From: Candidatus Altarchaeum sp. | GTDB taxonomy: Archaea > Altiarchaeota > Altiarchaeia > Altiarchaeales > Altiarchaeaceae | Direction of reading: 5' to 3' | Assembly: GCA_018260615.1 (NCBI GenBank) | Contig: JAGWDQ010000080.1 | Coordinates: 1 to 47,336 of the forward strand | Length of the DNA: 47,336 nucleotides | Part shown: positions 28,461 through 37,883 of the stretch, piece by piece | How positions within the stretch are numbered: the stretch's first letter is position 1 | How the letters are laid out: each line of letters starts with the position of its first letter | Notes under the pieces: generated by a model | The model's database searches: none | The model's input: only the letters and a program-made list of their open reading frames with translations | What the model was told of the DNA's origin: nothing | Program-made: the position numbers and the translations under genes

Positions 28461-28781
28461 ATGAAAGGCGATAAGAGTAATATCAGCGATGCCGCTAACA
28501 CTTCTAACGATTTGGCAAAATACAGAAAAAGGATTGATAAAATTGACTCCAAAATCGGGAAATTAATAAGAGAACGACTCGAAATTGTCAGGGATGTCGG
28601 AAAATTAAAGGCAAATTTAGGTATTTCTATTAAAGATGAGAAAAGGATTAACAAAGTATACAAAAATTTTGCAGAAAACTCGGGATTATGTCTTAACGAT
28701 GCGGAAAAAATTTATTCGCCATTGATAGAACATTGTATAAATATGGAGGAGAAAATACAAAAAGAAAATAATAAAAAATAA
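28461..28781 (+). CDS. Chorismate mutase (AroQ class)
   Basis: LAKYRKRIDKIDSKIGKLIRERLEIVRDVGKLK...IKDEKR. Confidence 0.9.
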   Translation: MKGDKSNISDAANTSNDLAKYRKRIDKIDSKIGKLIRERLEIVRDVGKLKANLGISIKDEKRINKVYKNFAENSGLCLNDAEKIYSPLIEHCINMEEKIQKENNKK

Positions 28782-28793
28782 CTAACAGCGAAA

Positions 28794-29684
28794 GTGGATG
28801 AACGAATAAACAGGGAAATTGAACAATGTATAAAACACAGTGGGGAAAGTAATAAAATCAGAAAGGTCTTCTGGTATATGGATGAAAAGGTTGAAGGCAT
28901 GCTTTTCGGAATAAGACAGGGAGATGATGCAATTGTTGTCAAAGATATGGTTTTTAATATGGAAGGACCTTACCCTTTAAATATCGGAAGAAAAACAGGA
29001 CTTATTCACACGACATCGGATATTGTTGTTATGGGTGCAAAGCCGTTATACGGATTTGACGCCGTGCAGGCAAAAAATTTAAAAGAGGCGGAAGATGCGG
29101 CAGAGGATATAAAAAGGCAGAGCGATGGAATAAATGTTCCGATTGTGGGGGGAAATACGCAATGTCTGAAAAATTTAGAATCATGCGTGTCTTTTACGGT
29201 TGTCGGAAAATTAATAAAACCGATTCCCGACTCAAATTTAATGGAAGGAGACAAACTTTATATTATGGGAGAGGCAATTGAAGGAGAAATAGGAGACAGG
29301 GTCAAGAAAGCAAACACAAAATTTGAGACATTTTTGGACATGATTGAAAAAACAGAAATAAATGCGGCAAAGGACTGTTCCCGCGGGGGATGGTTTGGAA
29401 ATTTAATGGAGATGTTAATAAAGTCAAAAAAAGGTATCACAATCAGCAATATTCCTTATATGGACTTCAGCAAATATATGGGAAATTATCTTATATCAAC
29501 AAAGGCTGAAGGTGTAATTGACATTGCGATGCAGCATAAATGTCCTATAACTGAGATAGGAATTGTTACAAATGAGTTGGAAGTCAGGATTGGAAAGGAA
29601 ATCGCTGTGGATAAAGAAAAAATTTTAGACCTGATTGATAAATTTCCGTTTAAGAAGGCACATTTAAAGAAGGAAAAAATTTAA
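28794..29684 (+). CDS. AIR synthase-related (PurM/HypE/ThiL-like) protein
   Basis: GDDAIVV, SDIVVMGAKP, PIVGGNT, AAKDCSRGGWFGNL. Confidence 0.8.
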   Translation: MDERINREIEQCIKHSGESNKIRKVFWYMDEKVEGMLFGIRQGDDAIVVKDMVFNMEGPYPLNIGRKTGLIHTTSDIVVMGAKPLYGFDAVQAKNLKEAEDAAEDIKRQSDGINVPIVGGNTQCLKNLESCVSFTVVGKLIKPIPDSNLMEGDKLYIMGEAIEGEIGDRVKKANTKFETFLDMIEKTEINAAKDCSRGGWFGNLMEMLIKSKKGITISNIPYMDFSKYMGNYLISTKAEGVIDIAMQHKCPITEIGIVTNELEVRIGKEIAVDKEKILDLIDKFPFKKAHLKKEKI

Positions 29685-29918
29685 AAATTTAATTAAAATT
29701 TTACCTGCCTTGTATTAAATTGTACCCGTAATCCAGATATATCTTCATAGCACAGGACTTTGCTTATGCTTCGTATATCCAACCGCAGAATACGGGCAAA
29801 TTAAAATTATAAGTAAAATTTAGACCTGAAAATGTATTTATTTGTCTTTTAATCTAAATTAATAACTAATTGTAATTTAATAATTAAATTGTTGTAATCA
29901 AAATTTTAAAATACGAAA

Positions 29919-32270
29919 ATGGAAAATAAAACCGTAAAACTTGTAAATTTTTTTGATGAGGTTGGGAAAGAAGATGTTTCGCTTGTTGGCGGAAAAGGTG
30001 CAAATCTTGGTGAAATGTTCGGGACAAAAATTCCTGTTCCGGAGGGTTTTGTTGTAAATGTAAATGCGTATAAAAATTTTCTAAATGCCAATCCTGCAAT
30101 TAAAGAAGAAATTTCAAAAATTCTGGCAGAAACGGACATTTATAATGCAGAGATGTTAGAGAATAATACAAAGAAGATAAGAGAACTTATGATGAGTGTT
30201 AAGATGCCGCAGGAAATTTCAGATGAAATAAAGAAGGCATATCATAAACTGTGCGGACAAAATGATACTTTTGTTGCAGTCCGGTCATCGGCAACCGCAG
30301 AGGACCTGGCAGAGGCATCCTTTGCAGGACAACAGGATACATATTTAAATATAATCGGAGAGGATAATGTCGTGTATAATGTTCAGAAGTGCTGGGCATC
30401 TTTATTTACCGGAAGAGCAACATTTTACAGAACGGAACAAAAATTTAACCACATGCAGACATATCTTGCGGTAGTTGTGCAGAGAATGATTAATTCACAG
30501 GTCTCGGGAGTTATGTTTACTGCAAGTCCGATTACGGGAGAGAATGTTATAATTATTGAAGCCGCTTATGGTTTGGGAGAATTTGTTGTCGGAGGGGTTG
30601 TTACGCCGGACACATACCTGGTTGATAAAAAAACAATGAATATAACTGACAAAAAAATTTCCATACAAAAGATCGGACTTGTGAAAAAGGACGGTGTAAC
30701 AAAGCAGGTTGATATAAATGAAATTTATCAGAATGCACAAAAATTTAGCGATGATAAAATAAAGAAATTAGCAGATGTCGGGAAATTAATTGAAGAACAT
30801 TATAAGAAACCAATGGATGTTGAGTGGTGTGAAGAAGACGGAAAAATTTATGTCGTTCAGGCAAGACCTGTTACAACAATAAAGGATGAAGAGGTCGAAG
30901 ATGAAAAAGTTAAAGAAGAAACGGATGAAGGGACAAAAACAAAAGAAGAAACAACTGAGAAGAAAGTCATATTAAGCGGATTTGGTGTAAGTGTTGGTAT
31001 CGCATCCGGGATTGTTAAGATTGTTCGCGATGCTTCTGAACTTTCCAGGATTAAACAGGGGGATGTTCTTGTTACACGAATGACTACTCCGGATATGGTT
31101 CCTGCGATGAAAAAAGCAGTGGCGATAATCACAGACGAAGGAGGCATGACTTGTCATGCTGCTATCGTTGCCAGAGAACTTGGAATCCCGTGTATTGTCG
31201 GAACAAAGACAGCAACAAAAGAAATATCTGATGGAAGCACAGTCACTGTTGACGGGAGGAAAGGACTTGTATATGAAGGGAGGGTTAAAATAGAAGGGGC
31301 AAAAAAGAAAGTAAAAAAAGAGACCGCCGGACAACATGTAGAACATGTTGTTGTTATGTCTCCGATAATTACCTCAACGGAAATAAAAGGAAATGTTGAT
31401 TTCAGTGAAATTGCCGAGAAGGCGGTGGAATACGGTGCCGATGGTGTCGGACTCTTAAGATCAGAACATATGTTTCTTGAAATTGGTGAGCATCCGATAA
31501 AATTAATAAAAGAGAACAGGAGAGAAGAATTAGTTACAAAAATAATGAAAGGGATTAGGGATGTTGCCGAGGTTATGTATCCGAGACCTGTCTGGTATAG
31601 AACACTTGATTTAAAGACAGATGAATTTAAAGGTCTGAAAGGCGGAGAAAATGAGCCGGTGGAAGCAAATCCGATGATTGGCTGGAGAGGAATTAGAAGG
31701 TCACTGGATGAATCTGAAGTCCTGGAATGTGAATTTGAAGCGATCAGAAGATTGCAGGAAGACGAACGACTTACAAATATAGGAGTTATGTTGCCTATGA
31801 TTCAGCATCCGGCAGAACTTAGAAAAGCAAAGATATTGGCATCCGATGTTGGCTTAGATACTGATAAAATGGATTTTGGAATAATGGTTGAAATTCCTGC
31901 AGCTGCTTTAATAATAGACGACTTTATAAAAGAAGGAATTAGTTTTATCTCATTCGGAACAAATGATCTGACACAATTTACATTAGCATTGGACAGAAAC
32001 AGCGCTCATGTTGCAAAATTATATAATGAACACCATCCCGCAGTGTTAAAATTAATTGACATGGTAATAAAGGCGTGCAAAAAGAATAATGTTAAGACAT
32101 CAATATGCGGACAGGCAGGAAGTGATCCGAAAATGGTTGAGAAATTAATCATTATGGGTATTGATTCAGTATCTGCAAATATTGATGCCATAGAAACAAT
32201 AAGAAAGGTTGCCGCGAGGGTTGAGAACAAGTTACTTCTTGAGTCGGCAAGAAAAAATTTTAAGGACTAA
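29919..32270 (+). CDS. ppsA: Phosphoenolpyruvate synthase (pyruvate, water dikinase)
   Basis: VGGKGANLGEM, VAVRSSATAEDL, SFAGQQDT, phospho-His loop GGMTCHAAIVAREL, SFGTNDLTQ, SICGQAGS. Confidence 0.97.
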   Translation: MENKTVKLVNFFDEVGKEDVSLVGGKGANLGEMFGTKIPVPEGFVVNVNAYKNFLNANPAIKEEISKILAETDIYNAEMLENNTKKIRELMMSVKMPQEISDEIKKAYHKLCGQNDTFVAVRSSATAEDLAEASFAGQQDTYLNIIGEDNVVYNVQKCWASLFTGRATFYRTEQKFNHMQTYLAVVVQRMINSQVSGVMFTASPITGENVIIIEAAYGLGEFVVGGVVTPDTYLVDKKTMNITDKKISIQKIGLVKKDGVTKQVDINEIYQNAQKFSDDKIKKLADVGKLIEEHYKKPMDVEWCEEDGKIYVVQARPVTTIKDEEVEDEKVKEETDEGTKTKEETTEKKVILSGFGVSVGIASGIVKIVRDASELSRIKQGDVLVTRMTTPDMVPAMKKAVAIITDEGGMTCHAAIVARELGIPCIVGTKTATKEISDGSTVTVDGRKGLVYEGRVKIEGAKKKVKKETAGQHVEHVVVMSPIITSTEIKGNVDFSEIAEKAVEYGADGVGLLRSEHMFLEIGEHPIKLIKENRREELVTKIMKGIRDVAEVMYPRPVWYRTLDLKTDEFKGLKGGENEPVEANPMIGWRGIRRSLDESEVLECEFEAIRRLQEDERLTNIGVMLPMIQHPAELRKAKILASDVGLDTDKMDFGIMVEIPAAALIIDDFIKEGISFISFGTNDLTQFTLALDRNSAHVAKLYNEHHPAVLKLIDMVIKACKKNNVKTSICGQAGSDPKMVEKLIIMGIDSVSANIDAIETIRKVAARVENKLLLESARKNFKD

Positions 32271-32309
32271 AAGTAAATTTTAAGCAAATATAAATTTTAA
32301 ACTATAAAA

Positions 32310-32690
32310 ATGTTTCCGTTTGGCGGAGGAAATCCAAAACAGATGAAGGCAATGCTTCAAAGGATGGGGATGAAAATGGAAGAAATTGAAGCGAGCGAAG
32401 TTATTATAAAGAAGGTTGATGGGAAAAATTTAAGAATCACAAATCCCGAGGTTTCAAAGATTATAATGCAGGGAAATGTGCTTTTTAATGTAGCCGGAAA
32501 GGTTGAAGAAATTGCAGGACAGGAAATACCCGTAGAAGCAATAAATCCGGAGGATGAAAAGGTTGATATTACAGACGACGATATAAATTTAGTCACGGCA
32601 CAGACGGGTTGTAATTATGAGACCGCAAAGAAGGTATTGGAAGAAAATGAAGGAGATATTGCAAGTGCGATATTGAAACTGAAGAAATAA
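32310..32690 (+). CDS. nac: Archaeal nascent polypeptide-associated complex protein
   Basis: NPKQMKAMLQRMGMKMEEI, NAC domain, C-terminal UBA-like DINLVTAQTG...AKKVLEENEGDIASAIL. Confidence 0.95.
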   Translation: MFPFGGGNPKQMKAMLQRMGMKMEEIEASEVIIKKVDGKNLRITNPEVSKIIMQGNVLFNVAGKVEEIAGQEIPVEAINPEDEKVDITDDDINLVTAQTGCNYETAKKVLEENEGDIASAILKLKK

Positions 32691-32867
32691 TTATATAAAA
32701 TAAGAGGTATTTTTATATAATCATTTTGTTATATTGTTATATAATTTTAGGTATTAATTTTATATAAATAGAAAGCTAAACAAAATACACATGCAGGAGT
32801 TTGAACCGACATAAAATATTCAATCCTAAATTGAAAAATTTAAAAAAGGCAAAGGTAAAAATAAGTT

Positions 32868-33989
32868 TTGATTATGGAAATTTCAAAAATTTTAAAAAAA
32901 TACGACAGGAAAAATCTGAAAATCGCAACAATAGGCAGCCATTCCGCATTAGATGTTTGTGACGGAGCATGCGAAGAAGGAATAAAATCAGTTATATTTG
33001 CACAAAAAGGACGGGAAAAACCATACACTTATTACAAAAAGACAAAAATCGGGAATTACGAAAGGGGCTGTGTTGATGAAATTTTGCTTTTGGATAAATT
33101 TAAGGATATTTTAAATTTTAGGGAAAATTTGATAAAACAAAATACTATTATTGTTCCAAACAGGGCTTTAACTTCCTATCTTTCAATTGACGAAGTTGAG
33201 AAATTTGAAGTTCCGGTTTTTGGAAACAGATATATGTTGAGAATGGAGGAAAGAACGGAAAAGGAGAATTACTATTCGCTGCTTGAAAAGGCAAATTTAC
33301 CTTGTCCGAAAAAGATTGAAAACGCCGAAGATATAGACAAACTTTGTATGGTTAAACTTCCTCACGCAAAAAAACGATTGGAAAGAGGGTTCTTTACAGC
33401 TGCATCTTATGAAGAATATGCAGAAAAGTCAGAAAAATGGATAAAACAGGGAATTATAACAAAGGAGGACTTATATAATGCAAGGGTTGAAGAATATATT
33501 ATCGGACCTGTTTTCAATTTAAATTTCTTTTATTCCTCATTCTTCGGACTTGAATTGCTTGGAGTTGATTACAGGTTTGAATCAAGTTTGGACGGACATG
33601 TGCGACTGCCGGCAAAACAGCAATTAACGCTCGCGGGAACACAGGAATATCCCGAATATACGGTATGCGGACATGCGAATGCAACCCTGCGGGAATCGCT
33701 GCTTGAAAAGGCATTTACAATGGGAGAGAAATTTGTTGAGGCATCAAAAAAATTTTACAAGCCCGGAATTATAGGGCCGTTTTGCCTGCAAACATGTGTT
33801 GATAAGGACTTAAATTTTTTCATTTATGATGTTGCTCCGAGAATTGGAGGTGGAACAAATATTCATATGAATGTCGGAGCGCCTTATGGAAATACTATGT
33901 GGAGAAAGCCAATGTCAACGGGAAGGAGGATTGCGGTTGAAATAAAGTATGCTGCGGAAATAGATGAATTAGTTAAGGTTGTGACTTAA
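32868..33989 (+). CDS. purP: PurP-family ATP-grasp protein (formate-phosphoribosylaminoimidazolecarboxamide ligase family)
   Basis: IATIGSHSALD, FGNRYML, KLPHAKKRLERGFF, GPFCLQT, DVAPRIGGGTN. May belong to a PurP-like paralog subgroup. Confidence 0.85.
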   Translation: MIMEISKILKKYDRKNLKIATIGSHSALDVCDGACEEGIKSVIFAQKGREKPYTYYKKTKIGNYERGCVDEILLLDKFKDILNFRENLIKQNTIIVPNRALTSYLSIDEVEKFEVPVFGNRYMLRMEERTEKENYYSLLEKANLPCPKKIENAEDIDKLCMVKLPHAKKRLERGFFTAASYEEYAEKSEKWIKQGIITKEDLYNARVEEYIIGPVFNLNFFYSSFFGLELLGVDYRFESSLDGHVRLPAKQQLTLAGTQEYPEYTVCGHANATLRESLLEKAFTMGEKFVEASKKFYKPGIIGPFCLQTCVDKDLNFFIYDVAPRIGGGTNIHMNVGAPYGNTMWRKPMSTGRRIAVEIKYAAEIDELVKVVT

Positions 33990-34063
33990 ATTTTATTTAA
34001 TGTTAGAAAAGTTTAATTAATAATATAACTAACGATAACCATCTTTTAAATCCAAAGATTTTA

Positions 34064-34247
34064 AAAATCTCCGAGCAATTGTAAAAATCTTGCAGATTTT
34101 TAGAATATTATTTAAAAATGCTTCAGCATTTTTAAAGATTGAAAATTTTATAAATTTTCAGTATTAAAAACCTCGCAGGTTTTTAAAGATTGAAAACTTG
34201 TAGTTTTCAGTAAAAATACTTGAAGTATTTTTAGTATAGCGAGGTGA
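34064..34247. repeat. Tandem array of six perfect short hairpins (REP/BIME-like modular element)
   Basis: Hairpins at 34082-34102, 34111-34136, 34140-34160, 34164-34186, 34191-34209 and 34211-34233, with stems of 8-12 bp and loops of 2-3 nt. Confidence 0.9.
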
Positions 34248-34293
34248 ATCAATTCATTGGTTGGTAATTCACCATACATTAATAAAAACTAAA

Positions 34294-34491
34294 ATGGCAC
34301 CAGAAGAAGTTGGGGCAAAAGAGAGTAACAAAAAGGAAAATATTAACTTTTCGGAAATATATGAGATAAGTATTGAAGATATATGGAGATATGCAAAGCT
34401 GCATGAAAAGGAAACAAAAGAGTGGATAGAAAAAACAGAAAAGGAGGAAATAGAAACAGCTAAATATGCAAGAAATTATTTGGTTCACTGA
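34294..34491 (+). CDS. Small charged hypothetical protein
   Basis: Probable ATG at 34294 (MAPEEVG...). ORF track start 34261. No motif recognised. Confidence 0.4.
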   Translation: MAPEEVGAKESNKKENINFSEIYEISIEDIWRYAKLHEKETKEWIEKTEKEEIETAKYARNYLVH

Positions 34492-34727
34492 AAGTTGAAA
34501 TTGACTGTTTCATGTTAAAAATAGAAGAAGGACTTTTATAGTAATAAAGGAACATTCTGTAAAAATGTTCAAGTTTGAAATACCATCAAGCAATTCACCA
34601 AAAATTTTGGTTAAACACGCAACAATTTACCAACATATGACTTTCTCAGTTTTGATGCAAGAGCAACTCTTACAAGTAGTAAGAATAGATAAAGCAGGGT
34701 AAAATCCTATAATTTTTATGTAATAAA

Positions 34728-36149
34728 ATGACTATCTCTATTGTTAAAACTAAAGAAGAAATTATTAAAAAATTTGAAGAAGAGTTTCCTTATCCAGCAG
34801 TTTCAGATGACTTAATTAAGACAATAGAGGAAAAAATAGGTAAACGTTTTTTTACCAATAATATTAAAAGTTTTATTTTTGAATATCCTTACATTGAAAA
34901 AGAATGGAGGGAAATTTATTCCTTACTTTATTGTAAAACAAATTATTTCAAAACAAACCCGTATGTATTTCGCATACATATGATAAATAAAAGCATAGAA
35001 CATATAGATGAGTTAGACATGAGTTCTTATTTAGGATATATTACAGTAAGGCCTTTACCAACAAATTATCTTTCAAAAATTGTGATGAAACCAAACAAAA
35101 ACTTCTACGACCTCAATGATAATGAAAAGTTATTTGTGATTACCGTAAACCAAGAGGTACACATAGGGAGTAAAAAAATAGAATTTCAGGCGTTTCCTTT
35201 TTTCTCTCAAGATGCTATGGTCACAGTATGCGCACACGCAGATGTATGGATGGTATCTAACATAATGCATAAGAGATATGGACTGGACGAAATAAGTATA
35301 GAAAAAATTGTTTCAAAACTACCTCCATCAGATAGGGGAAGAAACATTCCCTCAGTAGGTTTAACTCTGGAGCAGCTTGCGTATGCTCTGCACGCGAATA
35401 ATTGGTATGCCAGAATAAGATCACGGCGGTTGGAAAATAATGACCTGAAAAAAAATAAGCAAAAAATTATGGAAATTATGCAATGCATTGATTCATCCAT
35501 TGAAAGTGGAATTCCCTGCATACTTGCTTTTAGTAATCATGTAATTGTTATTGCAGGACATACTCTTGATGAAAACAACAACAGAGCATATATAATTTTT
35601 GACGATTCCGGTGCCCATATTGTCCATACATTTAACGAGTCAGAACCAAAATTCAGCATAAAAGTATCTGTGGAACAACTGATGGAAATATTAGAGCTGC
35701 AGAATGGAGAAGAAATTGCTATTTTATGTCCTGAATTTGAAAGAATATATTTTCCACTTGAGAGTGTGCAGCACAACACAGAATCAATTATTGATGGGAT
35801 ATCTAAGGACGCAACCAAAACAGAAGGTGTTAGAAATGCGTTTGCAGATATTCTAAAAAATAAAAGTTATAGAATACTTCTTGCAGATTCTAAAAAATTG
35901 AAAGAATTTTTCTCCGAGAACAATGTTACTGATTTCAATAATTACTCTTTGTCGCATTATATATGGCTTGTTGAAATTTACTCAGAAAAAAGGGGCGACC
36001 CAAATGACTTAAAGGGATACTTGCTTCTTGATGCAAGTGCACATAAATACGATACCAAATATTGTTTTATTAATAGTAGTAATGGAAAAGAGATAATTCA
36101 ACCTGCACCTGAAGGAAAAGTAATGTCTTTATTGGAAGAATTTGATTAG
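34728..36149 (+). CDS. Hypothetical protein with predicted papain-like (C39-related) cysteine-peptidase core
   Basis: Q-x6-C (QDAMVTVC), GLTLEQL, NHVIVIAGH and IIFDDS in papain-type Cys/His/Asp order. Confidence 0.55.
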   Translation: MTISIVKTKEEIIKKFEEEFPYPAVSDDLIKTIEEKIGKRFFTNNIKSFIFEYPYIEKEWREIYSLLYCKTNYFKTNPYVFRIHMINKSIEHIDELDMSSYLGYITVRPLPTNYLSKIVMKPNKNFYDLNDNEKLFVITVNQEVHIGSKKIEFQAFPFFSQDAMVTVCAHADVWMVSNIMHKRYGLDEISIEKIVSKLPPSDRGRNIPSVGLTLEQLAYALHANNWYARIRSRRLENNDLKKNKQKIMEIMQCIDSSIESGIPCILAFSNHVIVIAGHTLDENNNRAYIIFDDSGAHIVHTFNESEPKFSIKVSVEQLMEILELQNGEEIAILCPEFERIYFPLESVQHNTESIIDGISKDATKTEGVRNAFADILKNKSYRILLADSKKLKEFFSENNVTDFNNYSLSHYIWLVEIYSEKRGDPNDLKGYLLLDASAHKYDTKYCFINSSNGKEIIQPAPEGKVMSLLEEFD

Positions 36150-36223
36150 TCCTGTACCACTTCATTTTAATAATTTTGTAACTACTCACCCGCCATAAAA
36201 AATTACAGGTAAATTTTTGATTT

Positions 36224-36349
36224 TTACGCTCACTCCGTTCCTGTATTTTAAAATTTCGTAAATTTTGAAATTGTATTTTTTTGAAATTTTCACGGGTAAT
36301 TTAAAAATCTTGCAGATTTTTAAAGATTGAAAACTCATAGTTTTCAGTA
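36224..36349. repeat. Copy of intergenic repeat modules (CGCTCACT motif plus double-hairpin unit)
   Basis: TTACGCTCACTCCGTTC (36224-36240). TTAAAAATCT-tgc-AGATTTTTAA, AGAT, TGAAAACT-cat-AGTTTTCA, GTA (36301-36349) matches the units at 34111-34212. Confidence 0.85.
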
Positions 36350-36380
36350 ATTTCCTACCACGTGAGGAGTTACCAACATA

Positions 36381-37535
36381 TTATTTATTCGCCACAATCT
36401 TTATCACATCCCCACTCTTCAGCACATAATTCTTCCCGATATTCATCCTCGTCTTACAATTTACCGCCGTAATAAAATTTTTTCCTATATCCGTATGAAC
36501 CATATAAGCCAAATCCACGGGTGTTGAATCGTTCCGGACAAGGCGTGCATCCGGAAGCACATTTCCTTTTGAATCGCTGAATTTATTTTCATCCTCTACG
36601 GGATAAGCAACAATATAATGTCCGATTTCAAATATACATTTATTTATTGCACTCTGAACACCTGTTCCATTATATTTCTGCAGTTGATTCTTAATGAAAT
36701 TTATTGCTTTTTCCTGACTGGCATTTAAATTTTTCAAAATTTTAAAATCATTGTCTCCTGGAAGGTAATCAATAATGCCTCCTTTTGCTGCAAGATGCAA
36801 TGCGAGTTCTCCGTCGGCAAATCCCGGAATTATGCTGTATTTTTCGCTCAGCCGTTCAAAATTTTTATTTTTATCTTTGTCAATCTTATTCCCAAACAGC
36901 AAAATTTTCTTTGAAATTTCCCTTAATTTAAATGAGAATTCCCTTAATTCGTCATCGTTCTTTAAAGTCATGTTCCCGAGTGCTGCCTTCACTTCATGTT
37001 CGGTAATGCCCAGTCCGGAAACCATAGATACAATTTCTTTAAGCAGGTCGTTTCTTTCGTATTTTACCTTTCCGGAAATTTTGCTCCAGTTCCTTTTTAT
37101 AATATCGTAAAACCATAAATTTATCTCGTCCTCTAAAAATTTTATATCGTTTTCGGGGTCATAATTTTCTGTTTCCTCTCCTTTGTCATTGGTTGTTCCC
37201 GAAATGTCAATAATATGAATCAGCACATCGGCATTTCTCAAATCATCAAGAAACTGATTTCCAAGTCCCTTTCCGAGATGGGCATCGGGAACTAATCCCG
37301 CAACATCAATAATTTCAACGGGAATGAATCGCTGCTGATTTATACAAACGGAATTCTTCGGATTACATTTAACATCTAATTCTTTACATACGCAGTCAGT
37401 CCGGACATATCCCATTCCGACATTCGGATTTATCGTCGTAAACGGATAATTTGCGATTTGCACATCTGCAAGTGTTGTTGCCTTAAAAAATGTTGATTTT
37501 CCCACATTCGGCTTTCCGACAATTCCTATTTTCAT
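36381..37535 (-). CDS. ychF: YchF/Obg-family NTPase (archaeal COG0012-type) with TGS domain
   Basis: GIVGKPNVGKSTFF, ANYPFTTINPN, DVAGLV, NKID, C-terminal LAYMVHTDIG...GDVIKI. Confidence 0.93.
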   Translation of the reverse strand: MKIGIVGKPNVGKSTFFKATTLADVQIANYPFTTINPNVGMGYVRTDCVCKELDVKCNPKNSVCINQQRFIPVEIIDVAGLVPDAHLGKGLGNQFLDDLRNADVLIHIIDISGTTNDKGEETENYDPENDIKFLEDEINLWFYDIIKRNWSKISGKVKYERNDLLKEIVSMVSGLGITEHEVKAALGNMTLKNDDELREFSFKLREISKKILLFGNKIDKDKNKNFERLSEKYSIIPGFADGELALHLAAKGGIIDYLPGDNDFKILKNLNASQEKAINFIKNQLQKYNGTGVQSAINKCIFEIGHYIVAYPVEDENKFSDSKGNVLPDARLVRNDSTPVDLAYMVHTDIGKNFITAVNCKTRMNIGKNYVLKSGDVIKIVANK

Positions 37536-37537
37536 TG

Positions 37538-37596
37538 TTAAAATTTTAGGTTAAAATTTAGGGTTAAAATTTAGGGTTAAAATTTAGGGTTAAAAT
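37538..37596. repeat. 13-bp tandem repeat (TTAAAATTTAGGG x3 perfect plus two imperfect flanks) just upstream of the ychF start
   Basis: Perfect units at 37551-37563, 37564-37576 and 37577-37589. Confidence 0.9.
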
Positions 37597-37636
37597 TTTT
37601 TTCGCCAACCTTTTCTTAAAGAAAAGGCTGATGTCC

Positions 37637-37798
37637 TGATTTTCCCACATTCGGCTTTCCGACAATTCCTATTTTCATTGTTAAATTTTTATGAAATTTT
37701 TAGTGTTAAATTTTTGATATTAAGTAAAATGCAAAACAACAATAATAAAATTCTTTTCGCCATCTTTAACTTTCCGACAATTCCTATTTTCATTGTTA
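37637..37798 (-). repeat. Two extra copies of the ychF translation start region
   Basis: 37637-37685 is identical to 37494-37542 (49 bp). 37770-37798 is identical to 37512-37540 (29 bp). Confidence 0.92.
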
Positions 37799-37883
37799 TA
37801 TCTTAATTCATTAATTTCATAATTTTTATTATAAATTTTACATTATAAATTTAATTTGCTATTAATAAAATAAAGAAAGAAGT

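Noticed and set aside
30880-30965. Charged insertion in PpsA (DEEVEDEKVKEETDEGTKTKEETTEKK) as a possible intein or novel domain
   Set aside because: Too short and without splicing motifs. It is a variable interdomain linker.
32793-32807. GCAGGAGTTTGAACC looks like the reverse complement of a tRNA T-arm (possible att site)
   Set aside because: Only 15 bp, loop length is off by one, there is no other tRNA arm, and it does not match the tRNA-Lys in the window.
34082-34233. Hairpin array as a CRISPR array
   Set aside because: No constant repeat with unique 30-40-bp spacers, hairpins are nearly contiguous, and there are no cas genes.
37551-37589. TTTAGGG inside the 13-bp repeat resembles a plant telomere unit
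   Set aside because: The true period is 13 bp and the context is an internal archaeal intergenic gap, so this is coincidental.
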